Position numbers and translations under genes: made by a program. The notes under the pieces are model-generated. The model ran no database searches. It saw only the letters and a program-made list of their open reading frames with translations, and had not been told where the DNA came from. Below, in pieces: positions 17,630 to 23,056 of a stretch of 23,056 bases of DNA. Each line of letters opens with the position of its first letter. Positions within the stretch are counted from its first letter, which is position 1. The stretch comes from an uncultured Candidatus Saccharibacteria bacterium (GTDB lineage Bacteria; Patescibacteriota; Saccharimonadia; CAILAD01; BJGX01): the NCBI GenBank assembly GCA_964610335.1, contig CAZSVP010000001.1:1-23056 (forward strand), given 5' to 3'.

Positions 17630-17638
17630 ATTTTATCA
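17630..17638 (-). promoter_or_regulatory. Extended -10 element TGATAAAAT 7 nt upstream of the NUDIX ATG.
   Basis: Complement of 17630-17638 is TGATAAAAT. 7 nt (AGGCTCT) to the ATG at 17622. Confidence 0.4.
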
Positions 17639-17649
17639 GATTATGACTA

Positions 17650-18798
17650 TTAGAGTGGGAACTTGGGTAGGCCAAGTTTGACCGAGCAAGCTGGCCACTG
17701 ACTCCAGAATCCCCCAGCACTGGCCTTAGCGTTTTTGATAGTAATAGCGTCTTGTACATCTGGAGGAGCTAGATCGGCTCGAGCATAACCAGTGTTGTAT
17801 TTATTCCATGTACCAATAGAGAACTGATAGGCGCCATAGTAGCCATTGCCACTATTGCGCTGGTAGTCACCACCCGCTTCACACTGACGCAACTTACGTA
17901 GAATCTCGGCATTACTGGTAACTGGATCAACCTTACTGCCACGTACTATTTGTTTGGGTTGTGGTTGGGCAACTACTTGTTCTTCTATAGCGTGGCGGCC
18001 TACAGGCTTGCCGTCTTGCTGATCGACCACATAGGTAATCAACTTCTTACCTTCTACGCCAGCGAAAGTCTCTGCTGTATAGCCGAGTGGCTTGTTGGGA
18101 TCATAACTTATCTGCTCACCAGCAGGAATCGCCTCAAACTCTTGTTGTAGGCCCTGACTAAAACGAGCGATCACGATCTTCATGTTGGCTCGTATCGGAT
18201 CGGCCTGAGCAACATCCATGCGATCATTGCCTTCGAGCTTGATACCTTTTTCGGCCAGTAAGCCACCGACTGTACGTTGATTGGTACGAAATACAAATGG
18301 CTTACCACCAATCAATACATTGACTGGTGTGGCTCGAACTATGTCTATGCGACTACCGACTGCTTGTTCACCCAAGAAATCGTTGACCCTAGACTCAGTA
18401 ATAGTATCCTCTGGATAGACAGTAACACCAGCTGCCTCAACTATTTGTCGTGGGCTGCGATAACCGCTCTGGACTATGCGCTTTTTGTTACCATCAACTA
18501 CCAAGTAGGGCAATCCACGATAGACATTGATATTAGTAAGGGCTTGGCTAATCTTGGTATCACGCGCTGGCTCTACCACGTCACCCTCACTAAGTTTTAC
18601 CCCGAGCTTATCAAGTGCCTCACCAACAGTACCGGCTGACACCGGAATCGTCTTGCGCCCCCCATCGACATACAAACTCACCAGGCTTTGACCATCAGCA
18701 AAAACTTGTGAATTAATATGAATATCATCGTTGGCGTAGGCGCTAACTGCGAGCGACGCTACAGTCAACAAAGCGATCACGAGGAGCACATAGCGCAT
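17650..18798 (-). CDS. RpfB-like resuscitation-promoting-factor family protein: signal/TM, DUF348 repeats, G5 domain, and a C-terminal Rpf-type transglycosylase domain.
   Basis: C-terminal 'CEAGGDYQRNSGNGYYGAYQFSIGTW...GGFWSQWPACS' matches the Rpf/transglycosylase-like catalytic domain (conserved Glu and Cys pair). Upstream 'KKLITYVVDQQDGKPVGRHAIEEQVV' is G5-like. Repeated 'VG..L...G' DUF348-like units. The start is placed at the ATG at 18798 (signal peptide 'MRYVLLVIALLTVASLAVSAYA') rather than the track start at 18873. Confidence 0.8.
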   Translation of the reverse strand: MRYVLLVIALLTVASLAVSAYANDDIHINSQVFADGQSLVSLYVDGGRKTIPVSAGTVGEALDKLGVKLSEGDVVEPARDTKISQALTNINVYRGLPYLVVDGNKKRIVQSGYRSPRQIVEAAGVTVYPEDTITESRVNDFLGEQAVGSRIDIVRATPVNVLIGGKPFVFRTNQRTVGGLLAEKGIKLEGNDRMDVAQADPIRANMKIVIARFSQGLQQEFEAIPAGEQISYDPNKPLGYTAETFAGVEGKKLITYVVDQQDGKPVGRHAIEEQVVAQPQPKQIVRGSKVDPVTSNAEILRKLRQCEAGGDYQRNSGNGYYGAYQFSIGTWNKYNTGYARADLAPPDVQDAITIKNAKASAGGFWSQWPACSVKLGLPKFPL

Positions 18799-18835
18799 GA
18801 TCGAATTGCGAAATATATTGACTGAGGAATTACGT

Positions 18836-18905
18836 AAAATAAAAAGCCTCTTGGTTACTACCACGACACACAAATTACTAGTCAGAAGGGGCTTTTGTTT
18901 TTGTC
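18836..18905 (-). terminator. Hairpin flanked by A/T tracts on both strands. Possible weak intrinsic terminator or attenuator between the pcrA end/promoter and the rpf start.
   Basis: Stem AAAAGCC-CTT (18842-18852) pairs with AAGGGGCTTTT (18886-18896): 10 bp with one mismatch (a G.U wobble on the plus-strand RNA, C.A on the minus-strand RNA). The loop is 33 nt. The T-tract on the minus strand is TTTTTATTTT (18836-18845). The long loop and the mismatch make it weak. Confidence 0.3.
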
Positions 18906-18923
18906 TCTCTTTTACTGCAAGTT

Positions 18924-18953
18924 AGTATATGCTTTTGGCATAAGCACTGTCAA
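18924..18953 (-). promoter_or_regulatory. Sigma-70-type promoter TTGACA-18-TATACT directed toward the Rpf gene.
   Basis: Minus-strand TTGACA (complement of 18948-18953) and TATACT (complement of 18924-18929), 18-nt spacer. It sits immediately downstream of the pcrA stop, about 120 nt upstream of the rpf start. Confidence 0.5.
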
Positions 18954-18982
18954 GACGCTTATGAACACATGAATTGTTCAAT

Positions 18983-21133
18983 CTACTGCAGTTTCTTGAT
19001 AGGAGCGTAGGCTAAATTGATAGTTTTAACTCCAACTCTTCGAAACCTCACAACTACCTCTTCTTCACCGCCACCCTGGACTGTACCACGCCCAAATACT
19101 GGATGTTCTATCTCGTCACCTACCTCTAAGCTCGGGTAGCTGGCCTCTTGAGAGAACTCGTCGCTTTGTTGGCTACTGTTAAGCAAACCAGATAGCAAAT
19201 TGGCTCGGCTAGTATTGTCTACCAGCTCAGCAGGGATCTCAGCCAAAAAGCGCGACGGCACATTGTGCTGAGTGGTACCATATAACAAACGAGAGCTAGC
19301 ATGTACCATGTAGAGCTTGGTTTTGGCGCGAGTCATGCCGACATAGCACAGGCGTCGTTCCTCTTCCATCTCAGTCGGCTCAAAAAACGTCCGGCTATGA
19401 GGAAATATTCCCTCTTCCATACCTATCATAAACACCGTGTCAAATTCTAAGCCTTTGGCTGAGTGCAAGGTCATCATGGTCACAGCATCACTGCCCTCAC
19501 GCATACTGTCTACATCGGCCACCAGCGTAATCTCACTCAAAAAAGTTGCCAGATCAACAGTGTCATAATTGCGCGTTACACCCACAAGCTCAGCTACATT
19601 CTCAAGCCTGTCTTCAGCACTTGGTGTATCGTCTTGTAAGTAGCCACGGTAGTCGGTAACTCGCATGATTTCCTCAAATGTTTCACTCACCGTATGCGAG
19701 CTTGCAAATTCTTGCAATTCAACAATCATGCTAGCAAATGCGACAAAACCCTTTGTGGCTCGGGGCGTAAGTCCGTTAATCTCGCCAGCATTAAGCATAG
19801 TTTCAAGCACAGGCCGCTCAACCTTGTCGGAAGCTTCGAGCATAACACTAACACTACGCTCCCCCAAGCTACGAGCTGGTACGTTGATGATTCGCCCCAG
19901 GCTGACACGGTCGGCCGTGTTTGACACGAAGCGCAAGTACGCCAGTAAGTCTTTGACTTCTTTGCGCTCATAAAACCGTACGCCACCTATGATTTGATAC
20001 GGCATATTAAAGCGTAAAAATGATTCTTCTAGCGCACGCGATTGAGCATTGGTACGGTAAAGCACAGCAAAGTCATGTCGTGACACTCTACTGTCGGCTC
20101 GCATAGCATCTTCGATAGTTTGTACCACAAAGCGACCTTCATCGAGCTCGTCACCGACTTGAACGATTGAGATCTTGGCGCCACCGCCAGCTTCAGTCCA
20201 AAGCTTCTTATCGGTGCGATCAGTATTGCGAGCAATCACCGCATAGGCTGCATCAAGTATGGTCTGAGTACTACGGTAGTTCTGCTCAAGCTTGACTACC
20301 TTGGCGTCCGGATAGTCACGCTCAAAGTTGAGAATGTTTTGGAAGTTGGCACCGCGCCAGCTATAAATACTCTGCCAGTCGTCTCCGACCACACATATAT
20401 TACTATGCGCGCGGGCTAGTAGATGGATTAGCTCGTACTGAGCCATATTGGTGTCTTGATACTCATCGACCAAGATGTACTTGAATTGTTGCTGGTACTT
20501 TTGCAATATTGCTTCGTCGGATTTGAGCAGCTCCACCAACTTCATAATCATGTCGTCAAAGTCCATAGCATCGGCTTCGCGAAGTTTCTTTTGATAAAGC
20601 GGGTAAATGGTAGCGGCTTGCTCTTGCATCATACCGTGTGCCAATTCGGCAAACTTCTCAGGCCCAACAAGTTCATTCTTGGCGCCAGAAATCGCATAAA
20701 GCATGCCATTTGGTGTAACCTTCTTGTCATCAATATGAAGTTCCTTAAGTATTTGTTTGATAAGACTTTGGCTGTCGGCTGTGTCATAGATCAGAAAGTT
20801 ACTGGTGTAACCTATATTCTCGGCCTCCCGCCGCAATATCTTGTTGGCTATGCCGTGGAAAGTGCCTAGAAATGGAAAGTAGCTAGCGTTGTCCTCATGA
20901 AAGCCTACCAGCCTTGCTAGTCGCTGGCGCATCTCACCAGCTGCCTTGTTGGTAAAAGTTACAGCCAATATATTGGCTGGATTAACCTTCTTCTCCTGCA
21001 CTATATAAGCCATGCGGTGTGTGAGCGCTTTGGTCTTACCCGAGCCAGCACCGGCCAACATCAGCACCGGACCGTCGGTAGTTACTACGGCTTCGCGCTG
21101 CGAGTCGTTTAAACCATCCAAAATATTTGTCAT
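18983..21133 (-). CDS. pcrA: ATP-dependent DNA helicase of the PcrA/UvrD family.
   Basis: Walker A 'LAGAGSGKTKALTHRMAYIV', motif II 'ILVDEYQDTNMAQY', motif VI region, and the C-terminal 'VGDEIEHPVFGRGTV' Tudor-like tail. The start is placed at the ATG at 21133 ('MTNILDGLNDSQREAV'). A TACAAT sits 7 nt upstream, and this start avoids the overlap with the ABM gene that the track start at 21223 would create. Confidence 0.9.
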   Translation of the reverse strand: MTNILDGLNDSQREAVVTTDGPVLMLAGAGSGKTKALTHRMAYIVQEKKVNPANILAVTFTNKAAGEMRQRLARLVGFHEDNASYFPFLGTFHGIANKILRREAENIGYTSNFLIYDTADSQSLIKQILKELHIDDKKVTPNGMLYAISGAKNELVGPEKFAELAHGMMQEQAATIYPLYQKKLREADAMDFDDMIMKLVELLKSDEAILQKYQQQFKYILVDEYQDTNMAQYELIHLLARAHSNICVVGDDWQSIYSWRGANFQNILNFERDYPDAKVVKLEQNYRSTQTILDAAYAVIARNTDRTDKKLWTEAGGGAKISIVQVGDELDEGRFVVQTIEDAMRADSRVSRHDFAVLYRTNAQSRALEESFLRFNMPYQIIGGVRFYERKEVKDLLAYLRFVSNTADRVSLGRIINVPARSLGERSVSVMLEASDKVERPVLETMLNAGEINGLTPRATKGFVAFASMIVELQEFASSHTVSETFEEIMRVTDYRGYLQDDTPSAEDRLENVAELVGVTRNYDTVDLATFLSEITLVADVDSMREGSDAVTMMTLHSAKGLEFDTVFMIGMEEGIFPHSRTFFEPTEMEEERRLCYVGMTRAKTKLYMVHASSRLLYGTTQHNVPSRFLAEIPAELVDNTSRANLLSGLLNSSQQSDEFSQEASYPSLEVGDEIEHPVFGRGTVQGGGEEEVVVRFRRVGVKTINLAYAPIKKLQ

Positions 21134-21140
21134 AAATGAT

Positions 21141-21146
21141 ATTGTA
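21141..21146 (-). promoter_or_regulatory. TACAAT -10 box 7 nt upstream of the pcrA ATG at 21133.
   Basis: Complement of 21141-21146 is TACAAT. 7 nt (ATCATTT) to the ATG. No convincing -35. Confidence 0.35.
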
Positions 21147-21188
21147 CTACAGCCAAATGCATAAGCCGAATAAAAAGCGTACGGATGA

Positions 21189-21515
21189 TTATCTTTTATC
21201 TTCTGGGGGATCAGAACTGCCAATTAGTTCTGCAGAAATAATAGTTTGGTGATCGTCTACAAACTGTTCGTGATTATGCAGCATATATTCGGCATCATCT
21301 CGTTTAGATATTTCCTCAATCGCCTTGTCACGTGCTGACTTGCTTTCCCATTCTGCCATGGCAAAAAGAATTTTTGGATTGTCTAATCTGCGAAAAAGCT
21401 TAGTGCCACATGCACCTGGATATTGCTGGATTCTATCACTACCCTCCTTCCAAGCTTTAATAAAAGCTTCTTCTTTGCCGTCTTTTGGATGATGCTCAAA
21501 GACTACTCGATACAT
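21189..21515 (-). CDS. Small ABM-like (antibiotic-biosynthesis-monooxygenase / Dabb-fold) protein. Tentative.
   Basis: About 108 aa. N-terminal 'MYRVVFEHHPKDGKEEAFIKAWKE' resembles the ABM-domain beta-strand plus 'KPGKEEEF..W' pattern. The start overlaps the ppa stop (TAATG at 21513-21517). Confidence 0.45.
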   Translation of the reverse strand: MYRVVFEHHPKDGKEEAFIKAWKEGSDRIQQYPGACGTKLFRRLDNPKILFAMAEWESKSARDKAIEEISKRDDAEYMLHNHEQFVDDHQTIISAELIGSSDPPEDKR

Positions 21516-22027
21516 TACTTCTGAGCTTGTTTTTGGTAGCGCTCAATTAGCGCGTAGGCCTCAGCCTTGTCGCCCCAACCGGTGATCTTAACTTCTTTTT
21601 TCTGCAAGTCCTTGTAGTGAGCAAAGTAATGTTCTACCTTGTGCTTAACATGTCCACCTAGATCTTCAACTGTCTGAGCGTGCTCGTAGTGTTTATCATC
21701 ATCAGCTACACAGATGAGTTTCTCATCGTTCTCACCATCATCGATCATATACATCACACCAATCACTCGGCTAGGCACTACTACACCTGGGTAGAGTGGC
21801 TCGTCGATCACTATCATGGCATCGAGTGGGTCACCATCGTCCCCTAAGGTCTCAGGCAAAAAACCATAGTCATAAGGTTGCTTCATAGTAGTAGGCTGTA
21901 CGCGATCTAGAAATATCGCTCCAGTGTCCTTGTCTAGTTCATACTTGTTACCACTGCCACGCGGAATTTCAATTACAACATTGACTACTTGTGGGGCTTT
22001 GCTGCCGAGAGGGATTTTGGTTGACAT
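21515..22027 (-). CDS. ppa: Inorganic pyrophosphatase (family I).
   Basis: 'NVVIEIPRGSGNKYELDKDTG', 'PYDYGFLPETLGDDGDPLDAMIV' - the canonical family I PPase active-site residues. AGGAGA RBS upstream. Confidence 0.9.
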   Translation of the reverse strand: MSTKIPLGSKAPQVVNVVIEIPRGSGNKYELDKDTGAIFLDRVQPTTMKQPYDYGFLPETLGDDGDPLDAMIVIDEPLYPGVVVPSRVIGVMYMIDDGENDEKLICVADDDKHYEHAQTVEDLGGHVKHKVEHYFAHYKDLQKKEVKITGWGDKAEAYALIERYQKQAQK

Positions 22028-22058
22028 AAGTCTCCTTGGATTAGAATTAACTGCTACT

Positions 22059-22088
22059 ATCTTAATTGATCTGGCGCAATTCTGACAA
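22059..22088 (-). promoter_or_regulatory. Candidate promoter TTGTCA-18-TAAGAT upstream of ppa (SD-led transcript).
   Basis: Complement of 22083-22088 is TTGTCA and complement of 22059-22064 is TAAGAT. An AGGAGA SD follows at about 22030-22036. Confidence 0.35.
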
Positions 22089-22089
22089 G

Positions 22090-22872
22090 TTAATTGTTTT
22101 TGACTGTCAGATTCACTATAGTGCTAAACTCTACGTAGTTCAGGCTGGCACCACCCACTAGCAGGCCATTGATATTTGGCATATCCAAGAATGCCCGTGC
22201 ATTGTGACTAGTTACGCTACCACCATAAAGCAAACCAACGCTCTTGGTACTTGGATACTGGTTTTGTATAAAAGCTACAATCTCACTTGCCACTTCCGAA
22301 ACATCTTGTGGTGAAGGTACTTCACCACTTCCGATCGCCCAGACTGGTTCATAAGCGATCGTTACTTGATTGATCTCTGTTTGCGTCACGTGTTGCAGCC
22401 CTTCCTCTAGCTGAGCTAACACAACTCTATTTGTAAGCTCTTGTTCTCGCTCCATCAAAGTTTCGCCAATACAAAGTATAGGCTTGATGCCGTATTCCAA
22501 ACACTGTGCAACTTTGCTACCTTCTACTGCTCTCGTCTCCCCAAAATGCAGACGACGCTCAGAGTGGCCAACAATCGCGAACTCGCACATACCCTTTAAT
22601 TGTTCTGCAGAGACCTCACCCGTATATGCACCAGCTTCGTACTGACTGACATTTTGGGCACCCACTTCAATATTGTGATGATTGCTTGACTTGATTGCAT
22701 TTAGTTCTGATCGTACCGAAGTGATAGCTATATAACTTGGACACAGCACAACTTCGGCCTGTGCGCTTGGAACAATTTTGTGTGCAATACGGCTAGCTAA
22801 GCGCACTGAATCAGCAATGCTAAGTTGCATTTTCCAATTGGCGACTATCAAAGGTTGATCAATACTACTCAT
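22090..22872 (-). CDS. tpiA: Triosephosphate isomerase.
   Basis: 'IVANWKM', 'VGHSERR', 'IAYEPVWAIGSG', 'LYGGSV' motifs. Confidence 0.9.
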   Translation of the reverse strand: MSSIDQPLIVANWKMQLSIADSVRLASRIAHKIVPSAQAEVVLCPSYIAITSVRSELNAIKSSNHHNIEVGAQNVSQYEAGAYTGEVSAEQLKGMCEFAIVGHSERRLHFGETRAVEGSKVAQCLEYGIKPILCIGETLMEREQELTNRVVLAQLEEGLQHVTQTEINQVTIAYEPVWAIGSGEVPSPQDVSEVASEIVAFIQNQYPSTKSVGLLYGGSVTSHNARAFLDMPNINGLLVGGASLNYVEFSTIVNLTVKNN

Positions 22873-22878
22873 GCTTAT

Positions 22879-22887
22879 ATTCTATCA
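22879..22887 (-). promoter_or_regulatory. Extended -10 element TGATAGAAT 6 nt upstream of the tpiA ATG.
   Basis: Complement of 22879-22887 is TGATAGAAT. 6 nt to the ATG at 22872. It overlaps the pyk stop codon. Confidence 0.4.
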
Positions 22888-22888
22888 T

Positions 22889-23056
22889 TTAGCTAACTTC
22901 GTGTAACCGAACAGTGTCTGTGCCACCCGCAACACCACGCTGCTTGCCATAGGCACTGACTATAAAATCGCCCTCGGTAATTGCACCTCGCTTTTTCATC
23001 TTATTAACCACTGTTTGATAACTATCTTTTTTGTTTTTTACCAAAAAAGGTTTACC
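22889..23056 (-). CDS. pyk: Partial CDS (N-terminus beyond the window end). The C-terminal tail resembles the pyruvate kinase C-terminal domain.
   Basis: Translation '...KKRGAITEGDFIVSAYGKQRGVAGGTDTVRLHEVS*' resembles the PK C-terminus '[25 protein letters not shown]'. The glycolytic neighbour tpiA fits. Only 55 aa are visible. Confidence 0.5.
   Translation of the reverse strand, partial: GKPFLVKNKKDSYQTVVNKMKKRGAITEGDFIVSAYGKQRGVAGGTDTVRLHEVS

Noticed and set aside
18799-18982. Possible c-di-AMP (ydaO-type) riboswitch upstream of the Rpf gene, by analogy with actinobacterial rpfA.
   Set aside because: The leader is only ~120 nt. I cannot find the pseudo-symmetric ydaO core elements by eye. 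It is kept only as a generic leader/attenuator candidate in the findings, not called as a riboswitch.
687-20869. Numerous plus-strand ORFs of 60-217 aa in the six-frame track (e.g. 2115-2768, 10450-10698, 16432-16818, 20456-20869).
   Set aside because: Every one lies entirely inside a well-supported minus-strand gene with a clear family assignment. None has a start-codon context (SD or -10) or a recognisable motif. They are shadow ORFs of the antisense frames.
1-23056. CRISPR arrays, tRNA/rRNA genes, IS elements, integrases, toxin-antitoxin or restriction-modification genes.
   Set aside because: No direct-repeat/spacer periodicity, no cloverleaf-sized intergenic gaps (the largest gap is 184 nt and reads as promoter plus hairpin), and no transposase/integrase/recombinase-like ORFs. 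The window appears to be a core chromosomal region.

Overview
The window is a gene-dense, compact chromosomal segment (about 45% GC by eye) with 22 protein-coding genes, all on the minus strand. Many adjacent genes are separated by 0-30 nt or overlap at their stop/start codons. No tRNA, rRNA, CRISPR array or mobile element is visible. All plus-strand ORFs in the track lie inside minus-strand genes and look spurious.

Gene content, from high to low coordinate (the direction of transcription):
- Glycolysis and housekeeping: pyruvate kinase C-terminus (partial), triosephosphate isomerase, inorganic pyrophosphatase, a small ABM-like protein, PcrA/UvrD helicase.
- An RpfB-like resuscitation-promoting-factor muralytic protein (DUF348 repeats, G5, Rpf transglycosylase domain).
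- A NUDIX hydrolase and KsgA/RsmA.
- A bitopic transglutaminase-like membrane protein, a minimal MetRS, and an ~800-aa Ser/Thr/Gly/Asn-rich beta-helix (PATR-repeat) surface protein that ends in LAQTG, a hydrophobic segment and an RRRK tail. Its 3' end overlaps the start of the next gene, a membrane-anchored sortase.
- TatD, an acidic hypothetical, IscS/NifS-type cysteine desulfurase, a DUF218 (YdcF-like) protein and MnmA.
- Two consecutive coiled-coil hypothetical proteins.
- A short AlaRS lacking the C-Ala domain, a signal-less GH29 alpha-L-fucosidase, and a partial RHG-motif (histidine-phosphatase-like) gene.

From the single-strand organisation, short aaRSs, the sortase/LAXTG pair, RpfB and actinobacterial-style leaderless promoters, I infer a reduced-genome, Gram-positive-type bacterium, possibly a CPR/Saccharibacteria-like episymbiont. 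This taxonomic call is inference only.

The most interesting signals are:
- the sortase + LAXTG PATR-adhesin operon and the adjacent transglutaminase-like surface protein;
- a recurring promoter layout in which a -10 hexamer sits exactly 6-7 nt upstream of the ATG for at least five genes (alaS, iscS, nudix, pcrA, tpiA), implying leaderless mRNAs, alongside other genes with canonical AGGAGG Shine-Dalgarno sites;
- a 6-10-6 palindrome overlapping the alaS -10/start;
- a strong TTGACA-18-TATACT promoter followed by a hairpin/T-tract in the 184-nt leader upstream of the Rpf gene;
- several hypothetical coiled-coil or acidic proteins embedded among housekeeping genes.
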